Below are positions 10,686 through 23,809 of a stretch of 64,000 nt of DNA, one piece after another (positions within the stretch are counted from its first letter, which is position 1; the number at the start of each line of letters is the position of its first letter). The position numbers and the translations under genes were made by a program. Below the pieces are notes generated by a model. It did no database searches, was not told the DNA's origin, and saw only the letters and a list, made by a program, of their open reading frames with translations. Origin of the DNA: Oikopleura dioica (taxonomy: Eukaryota > Animalia > Chordata); assembly GCA_907165135.1 (NCBI GenBank), contig OU015568.1:9238001-9302000 (forward strand), written 5' to 3'.

Positions 10686-13600
10686 ATGAGTTTTCAAGCA
10701 GAGCAATTAGCGGCGCTTCTCCGCCAAACCCAGCAGCTAGCAGAGCTGAAAGCAAATGCGCTCAAATACGGAAATTCGAAGACGATTGAAGAGGTCAATC
10801 AGGAGAGTAACTCGAGAAATTCAGAATCGCCAAAGAGTAACCACAGTTCTTCTTCTGACAAGGTAAATAAGAGAGAGATAAAATGATCACAGTGTTAGAT
10901 TGTGGCCTTGAAAAAATTTTCAAGGGCAAATCCTCCAACAAAATAATGGTCTTCTCTAACTGTATTTCGATCTTTTGTTATAAGTTTATAATATCATATT
11001 ATATCATATAATATCATATTATTAATATGAAAAATTATTGATGATTTGATTATCAAATTTGATCGTTAGGGGACTGAAAACGTTGTCCCAAATGGACTCA
11101 ACCTCGGTGCTCTTGACAACCCTCAATTCTCCATCGATTTCATCCTTTCCAAGGTTAGTTTCTCCCCGATCATTTCCCTGGCATAACCTTTTCTCAAGGC
11201 TCGAGGAAACCTCCTAGCATCAGGCCTGAATCCACTAGCAATCAACCAAGCTGTCCAAGCCCAGCTCAGTCTCGCAGCCGTCGCTCAACGCCAGTTCGCC
11301 CAGCTCAACCAACGTCTTCTCCCACCAACGTCGAGCCAGGCATCTAGCCAGCTTCCCAATGTCCCACAAATGTTCAGAAACTTTATCCAAAATGACCTCA
11401 AGACGCCCGAACAACCAAGTAAGTGCCTATTATAAAAGTCAGCAAGGAATCTTCAACAACGTGAATTTTTTCTTAAAAAATCTAATTTTAACCTAAACAT
11501 TGGCAAATATTCACATCTGCTTTGTTCTCCGTCGTATAATGAGAGCGATGATAGGTCTTTGGGCTAAGGTGCAGCTGGAGCAATAATTATGCAGAAATTG
11601 AAAATAGAAAAATACTGCGCCTCGCTCAGGTGCCAAATCGGATGGAATATTTCCGGCCGAGTTTGACTCCCCGCTAACGAGAGGGCTATCCGCAGCTGGA
11701 TATTAAAATCATTCCCTCGCCCTCGGACAATTATCAAATATTTAAAGTGAGATCTAATTCAATAAACCGCCTATCACACAAATTCGCTCAATCAACCCCT
11801 CTTTTAAGGGGGCTAGACATCGTTAAAATCTATTTTCAAGCTGATTTTTATCCCAAAATTATCATGGTATATCCCCATAGAACCTCTAGTAGGAAAATTC
11901 GTACTGTATCAATCTTCGTCTGTGCTTGAATCAACAACATTTAACAACACGTTTAATGCTAATGAAGGAGTTGTCCGGGTAAAAAGGCCCCAGCTGCAGC
12001 TGGACAGTAAGTGGCTAACCCCGCGCTACAAAATATCTATTTAGCCATTTCGTTGTATAGCGTGATAAATCGATAGGGACAAACATGTTTTGAAACAACT
12101 TGTTCGACAAAGGAGGCAATAATAGTCCATCCTCTCTAATTCGATTGTTTTATACACTCTGCTTCGCCTTTTCTACAGAATTTATTCAAACAAATTGAAT
12201 CATCATCATTTATCTTTCAGCAATCCCTAAAGCTCCAACTCCCGATCCAACTCCTTCTCCAGTCAAAAACGCGCCAATCGTTCCAGAGCCTCGACCAGAG
12301 CCCCGAAGATCGGTAGAATCCGACGTGCCAAAGAAACGACCGAGAACAGCTTTCACGCCCGAGCAAATCAAGAGATTAGAAGCTGAATTCTCAAAGAACA
12401 AGTATCTATCTGTTGCGAAACGAATGGAACTCTCCAAGGCGCTGAATTTGACCGAAACTCAGGTAAGCAAAAAATTAGGGCCCAGCTAATTGAGCATGTT
12501 TAAAAGGGGCACTTCGCCCGTCCCTGGTGCAAATGAGCCTTTCAAGCGTCAGCTCGTCTACGCTCCTCGGCTAAACAGACATTTTGGCACCGGGCTCATA
12601 ATTACCTCATTACGAGTTTAAAAATATACTACCAATATGCAGATGTACCTCTTTCAAAAGGAAGAAAAGATTCTACGTGTTGATTTTCTTCCTTGATTTC
12701 AATTTTTCTGGCAATTTTAACCGTCAAAAAACGTAGAGTTAGAATAGAACCCGCGTTCGGTGTATATCTAAAGTGAACTGACAGAAAGTCTTAAAGACGA
12801 AATTAGCTAAGCTAGGCGATTTTCGCGGGAGGGGACACTTTGATCTCAATTTGGGCCACTTGAAGGTGACTTGATCCCGCGTAATGGCCAAATTTATTCA
12901 ACAAAATAACACGAGTGCTTACTCTCCTCAATACCACCAACCTTTGCCAGCCCTAGAAGTACTCTCACACCCTTAGTCCTACCGCTTCCCTCCTCGCAAG
13001 TGATCATCTTCGCGCTTTATAAAGATTGACTCATCGGCTAAAATTCTGAGAGTTTGAAGCTCTAATGATATTTATGTTCGTGTGTATGGCAAGCTGCACA
13101 AAGTTTTGGCGGGATCGGCGCGATTTGCCGTCAAGTGGCGTTAATTTAAGATTGACACAGGTGCGATTAATTAAAAACCGTTAATTTTGAAAATGTTGCG
13201 GGCGCGGATCATTCATCGGGACTCAAGTGGGCCGGGCCGCCCCGTGCGGAAGAATAATTGGAATTTAATTCAATTATCATTTACAGTCAGTTTACTCTCT
13301 TTTTACGTTTTCCCAGGGACTGATCCTTTTTTTTTACAAACGTACACTAAAATACTCATCCCTTTTTAAACTAACTAAAAAGGGCGTCGGCTGAATGGCC
13401 AGTGACGTTAATCCCAATGCGGTGGCAAAATGAAATGCTAATCCGACGTGCTAAATTGGCATATCATAGCCAGTACCGAGCGGCTGGCGCTTGACAGTTA
13501 CAATTCTAAATATTTTGAAGATTTCCCTCACCGCGAGATCATCCGACTAATTCCCCTTACTAAAACTTGTTCAGATCAAAATTTGGTTTCAAAATCGCCG

Positions 13601-14239
13601 CACCAAGTGGAAGAGAGAGTACCTGTCTGATTGGGAGCTCTGGGCCCATCAAAATTACTACGCAATGGTAGTTCAAGCCTTATTTCTTATCATTTTCTAA
13701 CCGATGTCTTTAGGGAATCGGTTCTCCTGGAAACAGTCTCACTCCACAAAACCCTCTTTACAACTCTGTCCCACGTTTGCCTGGACTTCCGCAAAGTTCA
13801 ACAGCAGGACTTTCCAGCCCAACGTCTCTGCCAACTATTCCAGCTCGGCCTCCACTGATTCCCCCTCAGCTTCTAGCGCAACTTGGAGGCTCGAGCATTC
13901 CACGTTTGCCACAAGCTCTTCCTGGTGGACTTGGCTTACCACAGGTGAATACGACTTTTATCGAAACTTCTTTTCAGCAATTAAATTAAGGGAATTCCTT
14001 GGCAACATCTCGCTGCAGCAACGTCTGCCGCTTCGATCCCGACGTCTCTCCCAAGCTCACTATCCTCGTCTATGAGCCCTCAGAGTCCAATCGTTCCAGG
14101 AGAATCTTCAAGACAAACCTCTCCTGTTGAAAGTCCTAAAATCACAGAAGTGGAGAGCGAGACACCAGCAGAAATCCTGAAAGAAAGTGAATCAACGACT
14201 GAAAAAGCCGATGGAGCTAAGTCTCCTGATCTACTGTAA
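10686..14239 (+). CDS. Nedx: NK-like homeobox gene, Nedx/lms family (paralogue A)
   Basis: Homeodomain KKRPRTAFTPEQIKRLEAEFSKNKYLSVAKRMELSKALNLTETQ/IKIWFQNRRTKWKR followed by EYLSDWELWAHQNYY, resembling Drosophila lms; eh1 motif FSIDFIL near 11127. Confidence 0.8.
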
Positions 14240-17010
14240 CTGTCTCATCTAACTGTAATAGTAAATAGATTCTGTTATATATTAAATAAACTCAAGATTT
14301 TCAATCAAAGACTTCATTGCAGAAAAAGCGGTGGAAATGCACCACCGTAGCACCAAGAGAGCAGCGCGAGCCAATCAGGGCGCTCGATACTAATAGGCCA
14401 ATTACTTTTTACAAGTGCCTCTCTAACAGCGCCACCACTTTTCCAACAGGTTCCTTTTTCGATAGATTTATGAATAGGATCTCGGAAGAAAATCAAAGCT
14501 GAGGCACTCTAGAATTGATATTTGGTTAAAGAAAATTTCTAAAAGGATTGATACTGTAGAAGGATTGTCTATTTGAAGCTCGATAAATCAAGAATAAGGC
14601 ACAGTACTCGTGGCAATTGTCGATTATCGACCTCCTTATCACGTGTTGAATACAAAATTAAGCAGGATGAAGCGCACAACTTTTTAATAGGAAAATTAAG
14701 GACCGGTTGCGGGAGCAAAAGTTGCGCAAAGTTAGTGCCGCAATCGATTATCACTTAATTGATTTAAAAATTTACACCTTCATTAGAGCTTATTATTAAA
14801 TATTGTGTCTTGTCAAAAGAGCGATCCGCTTTTCCACTGCTTCTACTTTGCTATTCACTGCTTTAGAAGAGGATTTATCGCGTACTAGCACGGCTTGCTG
14901 GCTCGATTTCAAGCGCTAGAATTGGGGTTTTCGATTAATAGAAATATTTCGTCCTTCTTTTGGAAATGTTGCTGAATTGGGATCAGGTGTGTCCGTTTGA
15001 TGAGAGTGGTAGGTGACCTCGTCAATGGCAAAACTACTTTAGGTATGTCCGTTCGGCCGCAAAAAATTATCAATCTGCGAGTAGTTAGCCCCGCTCCGCG
15101 TCAAATGACGATTGAGCAGGTGCACCCTAAAGTAGGGAACTCGCAATGCGCCTCGTTTGATCACAAATTCCGGCGGCACACATTCCGCATTATTACACTT
15201 TTAAAGTGTCACTCTCCCCCCAAGGCCGTAATTCGATGGATTAACTTTGAGCTTGCCGATCTTCTGAGTTTGGTTTAATTCTTTACGCGCTCCTGAGTAA
15301 TCAGGCCAAGACCCTTTGATTAGAACAGGTGTACTTGTATCAAACACGGGAAGATCTAGTTACTAAGGACAACAAGATGCTCTTATGGGGTATCCATTGT
15401 AAACCTGATCTTTGAAATTGAAATTTTCATGTTATATTACTGGAGACAACATAAAACGAAAAAATGGAAACTCTAAATGCATCATTAGCAGAACGAGGAG
15501 CAGGGTGTCGTTAAAATCGCCCTGAGACGCGGAAATTGGTTAATTTGGCTCACATCATAAAAGCTGGCCTTTTGCGTCGTAATGCATTGCCATCATAAAT
15601 CACAGCATAATGCTCACTTCCCACTTGCAAATTGCAACAAATGCCAATTAAAACTCTTCTGAGAGCAGTCGAGAAAAACTTGGCCGTAATTGATTGTTTC
15701 CCTTGGCCAATCTGTGGCGACTCTTGAATACAAGCGAGCTTAGTAAAATACGAAAGAGGCAGCAAACACGCTCAAGTGGCCTGTGGTTTTTTGGCGAGGT
15801 ACTTTCTTAGAGTGAAAATCTCAAACAAAGTGAAGGGCTCCGGTACTGCCCAATTTAAACATTGATTAAAGTCATCCTCTTTTTCCCACAATTTTCAGGA
15901 GTCATAATATTTATGACCGCGCCCTTGTGATATCAACCCGTTTTTTTGCTAAAGCTGTCGAGTGGCTGTGGAAATAATACATCTTTAGGCGGCTGGGGGA
16001 CTTAACGCGGCGCTAGAATTTAGATTCACCGAGTCAGTCATATGATTTTTCATACAACGAATACAATTTTGGTCTACTGACGCGAACAGGTTAAATTTTT
16101 TTCGTGTATTAGACGGGAACAAAGTACGCCAGGGCGAGCCTTTGCAAAAACAGCTGGAATGACAATTTTTGTGTTATGGATCTGTTTATAGAGCCGTCTA
16201 CAGGTGCAGAATTTTATATGGGCCATTGCGCTTGTAATAGCTCTCTACTTGCTCCTCATTAAACTAGCGATAGATGCGAATTTTGTAAACAGAACTCAAC
16301 TCTTTTTTTTGGAATTGGATCTGTTCAGAAGTAAAACGGGCAATTACTTGTGCGATTCGGCGCGTCAGCTCTACCCTTGATTGATGATGATTTTATCAAA
16401 CAAAATGGATCAAGGGATGAAATTCGCAATGTTTAGGCCGTTTTTCTCCCATCGCTGCCAATTTACTTCAGTAGCAGAGGACATAGAAAGGCGTGAAAGC
16501 AATTTTGGTGAGATCGGTGTTCTGGATTCTCACACTTTATAAATCAAGGGCCAGAAAACAACGATGTCATAACAGCGGATCAGCGCTAGAATGATTCCTC
16601 AGCTGGAAAATATTCTGCTAAAGGATGATATCGAGTAAATTTTAGTCGAAACAGAGCCGAAATTATATGACATAGCTGGGCCTGAGAGACCGAAAAAGAC
16701 ATCTTGAATATTGCCGATCTTTTAATAAAATTAAATTTGAAGCCGTCGCGTCTGTTTCCTCGGATAATTTCTTGAGGAAGCGCTCGATCGAAATTTCATT
16801 CGAGGGCTTCTTCATTACCGGTTATTCAAAATATAATAATCGCCCATTTTGGGGTAGTGGAAAGATAAAATTAGCACTAACTGCGCCCAGCCGGATCAAA
16901 GCGATTGTTGTGCCATTTGTAGACAGACAGAAGGAAATAGCTCAATTATAGAGTTTTATATGCCAATTGAGAGCGGCATCATGATTTCCAGCGGGTCATT
17001 AGCTTTTTAA

Positions 17011-17665
17011 GGAGGTAGATATCAAGAAAAAAAATTTCCATTTTTCCGCCTCAAACTTTTTCAACGTATAGTTTCGAGGTTGAGGAGAAAACTTGTAAGC
17101 AAAAATTTTTTGATTGGACCACGTGATTTTTCACAAAATCGCCGCTAAAATCTCGAAAATTTGCCCGTTTTATAATAGATCGACAAATTTTTAGTAATTT
17201 AATAAGTAATTACTTAGCTTTCGTCCAAAAAACATTAACAAAAACCCCTGGGAACATTTATAGAATGATTTAAATACTCCCGAATAAAAATTCAAAATTT
17301 TATATTTTCGTTGAAAATCGTGAAAAACCGGAAATCGATTCTTTTCTTAAAAAAATTTTTAAAATTTTAAAATCTGGCCCTCATAGGATCTAGACAAGGG
17401 TCTTATCTAACTTCTCAGAAGAAAATAAATTTCGCCCTATATAAGGGTTTCGAGGAAAGTCTGCCAAGAAAATGGTCATTTTTAGCGATTTCCGAGTTTT
17501 CAACGCCATTTTTACCGTTTTTTTTCTGGAAATTTAGAAATCGGCCTTCCATAGGCACGAGATAAGGGCCTAAACTTTTTATTAAAACAAAAAAAATCAT
17601 AGGTCACTATGTTAGGATTGGGAGAAAAGTCTGCCAGAAAACCCCGATTCTTGATATCTACCTCC
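17011..17665. mobile_element. Non-autonomous DNA transposon with TTAA TSD (Kolobok-like)
   Basis: Perfect 18-bp TIR GGAGGTAGATATCAAGAA / TTCTTGATATCTACCTCC, flanked by TTAA at 17007-17010 and 17666-17669. Confidence 0.85.
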
Positions 17666-19084
17666 TTAAAAATCATCAATCTTTTAATATTATTAGGAGC
17701 GTAATTCATATAACTTTAGATTTGAAAAATTGATTATATGGTTGTATACCCTTAATCTACCGAATTGAAACAAGTATTTTTTTAGTTGGAAAAATGCATC
17801 CAAAGCGCTGATGAGTGAATTGGCTACTGTAAAATCAATTGGCTTGGAGAAGTCGAAGTACTTTTTCGCACCTGTAGAATTGTCATTCCGCAATGCTGGC
17901 TATTATGGCAAAACAAGTAGAGTGAATTTAAATTCACCAGCGGGCGGCTCATTTCGGCTCATCATTGCAGCTACTCGGCTCAAGTGCTTCAACACCACAC
18001 CTGAGCATTCTTAATTTTGGAAATTCTCAAAAATCATCACACGCGTTTACACTCACACCCAAACCCTTTCAAAAGCGCCGCAATTAGAATTATTTGCAAA
18101 GTGTAAGCCAAAAAGATAATTCTAGCGCTGTCTCGATATTATTGAACATGATTGCCGAGCTCATCGGAGCCACAGGTGCCCCGAGAGTTTTAATTTTATG
18201 ATTTGACTAAGTGAAGCAATAATTCGTCGACGACAATAACTGCACTTGGAAGCGGGGGCATAAATCTTGCCAGAATCCTGCCACTCAAGAAAATATCAGA
18301 CGGCGATTAATAATAGAGCTTTGACATTCACTAATTGATCGTTTACGGCGAAAAAACGGGGAGTTACGAGCGCACTTTACAAATCGTTCGAAAAAAGAGA
18401 AGCAATTTTCGAACAGATTGGTGCATATTTCCCCGTCAGAATTTATCGCTATCGCAAGTGATTCGATTTTTACTTCATTTCCTTGCAAAGTTTTTTTGGG
18501 CTTTATGCTTTCATTGCATAAATAAGTTGACCGCGGTTTGAAAAAGTCCCCATTTTCACCGACCGGTTCTTCATTTTTCGGCTCAAAAACAGACTTCACG
18601 TGTTTTCGAGCTCGAAAATCTGACGTGAAAGAAACCTCATGAGGAACATGGTAACCTCAATTACTTCCGAAAAAGCACGTCATTCTGTTTCTTCATCATC
18701 TGACAAAGAAACGAAGACGTCGAACTATTTCGTAGACCTTAATTTGTCTTTCCTGAAATGGCCCCATCCCATTTTTGGCAGGATTCCACAGGTTTACATC
18801 ATCAGTTCGTGAGTCCGGTCTTGAGTTTCAAACTCTTCCAGATTTCGGGGAAAAGGTCGAAGCCGGAAAATCCTCTGAAGCTAGCGCAGCACTACTCGCG
18901 TACGCCACAAATAACGAGCTCAGAGTGCGAAAAAAGGCGCTGTTTAGGGGCAATTGCGACTCTATAATCGCCCCCCAAAGACTTAGCTCATTAGTCCGAC
19001 GAGTCGACAAACTCTCGAATTAAAATAGAAAATACTCAAAACTCCTCCTCAAACTCAAACTTTCTCCAACTTCGAAAGTCAGAG

Positions 19085-20371
19085 ATGTCAAATGGAAAGT
19101 TCTCCATCGATTTCCTGCTCAAGAAGAGCCCCTCGCCCGTCTCATCCCCAGGTAAAAACGCTTGTTTTTATGAAAAGTACATTTTGATGATCTTTCGAGC
19201 TGCTTCAGGTGGCACATCATTACGGCGATATAAATTATTAGTGCGATAAAAAATTCGATATAATATTCATTACTCCGTCTCCGAAAAACTGCACCTGTGC
19301 TAAGCACCCTCGTTTGCTCCAACTTGTTTTTCGCTGAAAGAAATATTGCTAAATCAGTTTTTTTTTGTAGAACGAATCGTTCAAGATAAAAGCTCATCAG
19401 AAGACGAATCCACTTCAAAGAAAAGTTCAGGTGAATTTTCAAATTGAAATTTTTATGAAGGAATTCTCAAAAATGTTTCTTAGTCGGATTCAGTTAGCTC
19501 ACTGAAACCCTTACTTTTCTTTTAGAAATTATGAATAACACCTTTTTTCAGGTAGAGGAGCGATAGATCCAAAAAAGCGACCCCGAACAGCATTCACGCC
19601 TCATCAAATAAAAACCCTGGAATCAGAATTTCAGAAGAACCGATATTTATCTGTTGGTAAACGAGTCGAGCTAGCCGACAGTCTTGGCCTCAGTGAAACT
19701 CAGGTAAACAATGACTGCGCTTCTATTTTTTTGTCTTGGCAAATGAAGAGTAATTAAGCATCGATTACAGGGGATTGTTGTTAAATGTACAATTGTCATA
19801 ACACGTCTAATCGCGTGTTCTGATCGGGTGTGAACGGTTCCGATCGGGTGCCCGGGCGCCAGGCAGGCGGAACTCATCCCCTCCAGTTGACACCTTTCTT
19901 GGCACACGCAATAGTGGCCTCATACCTCATTATAGCATTGATGGAAGGTTCAATTCTAACGCTCATTTAGATCAAAATCTGGTTCCAAAACCGCCGCACA
20001 AAGTGGAAACGCGAATATCTCTCTGACTGGGAGCTTTGGTCACATCAGAGTTATTACGCTATGCATGGCGTTCTAGCGGGGCAAGCAGCTGCTACTGGAA
20101 CTCATTCACGATCAATTCCCGCTTCCATTTCCGCCCAGCCACACCCTCACTCGCTGCCTCATCACCACCACCAGCCGCATCATCCTCAATTGAGCTTGTT
20201 ATCCCATCATTTAGCCGGTAAGTCAATATCAGACCCTTTTCAAAGAAAGTTTCAATTGAACTTTCTGAAAATGAAGTACCAATTCCCCATCAGAATTCGC
20301 CCTTGATGACTGTATTCCCTTGTGACCGTCGTGTTCTATCGAAGAGAATATCAGTATGTCTCCCCATATGA
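19085..20371 (+). CDS. Nedx: NK-like homeobox gene, Nedx/lms family (paralogue B); 3' end uncertain
   Basis: MSNGKFSIDFLL (eh1); KKRPRTAFTPHQIKTLESEFQKNRYLSVGKRVELADSLGLSETQ/IKIWFQNRRTKWKREYLSDWELWSHQSYY; His-rich tail. Confidence 0.8.
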
Positions 20372-21319
20372 TCCCATAACATGACCAGAAACTGATCTTT
20401 CATATGATATGGAATTTGTCCAGTTTCTACGGGAGTAATCAAATCCCAAGTATAAAAAAGTGTGGGTCAACTGATGCGCTCTTATGATAAGCGGAATGAA
20501 TTAGTAGGATATGTTTTCATCGTAATGTAATCTGCGATTGCCGTCACGAACCGTGTGGAAAAACACGATGTGCGTTTTTGACGACAATGTCGGACAATTA
20601 CCGGAATTTCCATATTCAGTCACATCGGCGGTTCCATTACCGCGAACGCTGTAACGCGATCTACTTGGAATTAGGGCCGTCAGAGTAATTTACTGAATTT
20701 AGCTCCTGCTCTCACTGTGCCAACGAATCTGCAGCTGATATGCGCCGCGGCTAATCTCCAAAGCCGCCAATTAGCCGCCACTGCTCCCGAGTCAGAATGA
20801 AGACTTTTCCAAAAATTGCAAAAAAAAAACTACCTGAAAAGTTCACTGTTAAACAACGAAATTTGCCTTGTAAATAAAACCTCGCCAGAAAAAAAACAGT
20901 TTTTTTATACAATAAGATAATTAGCAGGAAAGTGTGTATGAAATTCTATTGAATTAGCTTTAGTTTGTATGATGGCTGGCAGGAAGAGGATATCATCTGG
21001 CTAATGCTAAGCGAATTAAGCAGTTGCTCGTTTTTGCGAAAAAATGAGCCGCTTTATGTCTCAGCTGCAGGAAGTGGCCAATTCAATCAGGCCCAGACCT
21101 ACTACAGATGGAAGCTAAATGGATACGCAATTCAGGAGGAAATTCTCTTTCTTTGACTTTCACTACAAACATCACCCGGTCAAAAACCCGCATTAAATAA
21201 GCAAAAGAAAGAAGAACGCACAGTTCTATGGGAAAAAAGCACGTGACAGCTGCTTGCTGGTAGAAATTGCCCATCAAAGATCCCACGTGTCCAGTTCGAG
21301 TTTCAGAAGATCTCGGAAA

Positions 21320-23228
21320 ATGAAACTTTTGCCTCTTTATTTTTCAGCTTTCTCCGCGCAATGCCCGTAAGTGTGTAATTTGTGTCCTTCGCGAGCCATC
21401 TATCATGTGATTCGCTCTAAAAACGACCTTCAGCGATACTGACCTTCAAAAGCTCTGTTCGGACAAATGTACAGACTTGTTAAACGAATGCGTGGAAGAT
21501 TGCGGAAACGATACAAGTTGCCAGTCACGATGCCAAGGAACTTGGCTTGACTGTCTCAACGAGTGTCCATGTAACAGTGGCTGTCCAAACGGATGCATGG
21601 TCTGTTCAAATCCAGTTTGCGGCGGCACGGGCTTTGGTTTGATTTTAAACGAACGATGGGGAAGCTCAAACAGAGCGTATAGCTTGAATTTGGCTACGGA
21701 TGAGATTCGAGTTGCTCAAGTTTCTTACAAGTAAGTCGAGTTCCGATCAGAATTCCAGCAAAATAACTTCAAGCGATTTCGCCTTCGACATGGAAGATAC
21801 CTGTACTGTCATCTTTCGAGGCCAAACTTGGTTCTTAGGAGGATATTTCAATGAACGAAAGATCGCGAATTTGGTCGGATGCAGTGTTGTACCGAAAAGC
21901 TACGTTCTCACTGTCGGTCACATTGACGGTGTTTACGGCTCTTGTGGCGGTAAGAGAATTTCTTTATCCGCTAATTCAGTTTGTATCTAGCTTTGAACAA
22001 CGAAGTCTACATGTGCTTCGGTCACGAAAATCTGGGCGAAGACGTGTGTACAAGATGGGACGGCGAAAATCAAACTGTCGTCCAGCAGCGATCAACAAAA
22101 TACCACGATTGGTCGAGCATGATAAACTACCAAGATCAACTGATGACCGTCGGTGGATGTGGCTCAATTATCGACTGCAACAACATGGTAGAGTTTTACA
22201 CCGAAGAGGGAGGATGGAAAACCGGTGCCAACTTCCCTCGATGGGAAATTTACGGCCACACGCTCACCACAGATGGAGCAGGAATCTATCTCTTTGGCGG
22301 AAAAGTGCGTGGAGCCGTCAACAGTCAAGTTTACAGACTTCTTGATGGAGAGGTAACCGACAACTATCCTTAGAACTGGGGTCGGCGGTCCATCTTTCAA
22401 AGATGGGAAAGATGGGTATGATGGGTGCTGGGAAAGATGGGAATGATGGGTAAACCCATCTTTCCATAACCCATCTTTTGATTCTGAAAGATGGGAAAGA
22501 TGGGTCTCCCAAAGATGGGTAAGATGGGTTCAAATGATGGGAAAGATGGGTTCAAATGATGGGTAAGATGGGTTTCACTCAGTTTGAAGATCGGATTTCT
22601 ATCTTGTTATCTAAACCTGATGTACAGTTTTATTCCTCCATTAATGATAAATTTAAGGGATCCGCTCCCGATTTGAAAAATGTCATCGAGAGCTTTTTTA
22701 AGCAACTTTTTATTATAATAAGGCGCTTCGACGATTAATTTTATCTCGCGTCTATGAAAGCTTATGTAATAAAAAATTTAAGAAGCTACGGCAGGACATT
22801 TTTTGCGGACCTCTGCCCATAATTCCCATATTTGGAACCCATCTTCCCCATATTTCGGTTACCCATCTTTCCCATCTTTGAAACCCATCTTTCCCATCAT
22901 TCCCATCTTACCCATCTTTCGGGAAAACCCATCTTTCCCTAACCCATCTTTTGTTTGAAAGATGGGTCGCCGACCCCAGCCTTAGAACTAACCCTTACTT
23001 TTTTATAAGTGGTCTGAGCTTGGTTACGTCAAGCAAGTTTTGACCGGGGCCCTTGTCAACTCTGCCTTCCAAATGGGCCGAAATGCTTATGTTGGAAAAG
23101 AATACCTCGAAAAATTCACCCTGACGAGCGACAATGTTGAGTCTGAGTCGATTTATGCTCCTGATACCAACGATTTGAATCTCTACTACTCGCCAATGAT
23201 CTTTTCAGACACCATCATGTGCGCTTAG
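21320..23228 (+). CDS. Secreted protein with Cys-rich N-terminal domain and Kelch-like beta-propeller repeats
   Basis: Signal peptide MKLLPLYFSAFSA; CxxxC array ending CPCNSGCPNGCMVCSNPVC; Kelch-like WFLGG, MTVGG, YLFGG...W motifs. Confidence 0.75.
22376..22979. mobile_element. hAT-type MITE inside an intron of the Kelch-like gene
   Basis: TIR CTGGGGTCGGCG / CGCCGACCCCAG; perfect 8-bp TSD CCTTAGAA at 22368-22375 and 22980-22987; subterminal arrays of AAGATGGG / CCCATCTT. Confidence 0.93.
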
Positions 23229-23809
23229 AATATTTTATTCAAATAAATTTCATTTTGTACTTCACTTACAATACATAAGTCATGAGATTAAATGCAAAGA
23301 ATGAGCGTACCGATATCTTTGTGCATCTGTAACGAAAATACAATGAAATCAACGAGGAATCATCATCCTCGACGGCAAAGCTGATTCAGCAGTGCTAGGA
23401 ACAGTCTTAGACCCGAACGACAAAAGAGTAATTATTTAATTTGGCTGAAATTATCTTTTCGGATCTAAAATTAATTTTCTATCGCCAAATTCGGCCGCGG
23501 TGTTGGATTACCTTCGACACCGTCAGCGCGCGTCACAAATGCCGGGGCCACGGTAATGCACAACGAAGAGGAGGCCGAATGTTTTTACTATGATTAAACC
23601 GACTTACCGATCTTTACTGACCACCGGGGATCGTGGAAGTCGCACGAGCCGACTAATTGCCAACCCGGGAGAATTAACGAAAAGTTTGAGACGATTATAC
23701 AGTATAATTTATACTCTTTCTACAGTTCCTAATAAGAAATTCTTTGAAGTAAGCGTGAGTTGTGATAAATGATTTTTATTTCAATCAGCTTTTTTGACGT
23801 CAACTTTGT

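Noticed and set aside
14300-19000. Many 60-100 aa ORFs between the homeobox genes
   Set aside because: No recognisable motifs or exon chains; consistent with chance ORFs in regulatory or TE DNA
22395-22965. AAGATGGG repeats as a CRISPR-like array or satellite
   Set aside because: Eukaryotic context, no unique spacers; they are subterminal repeats of a hAT MITE
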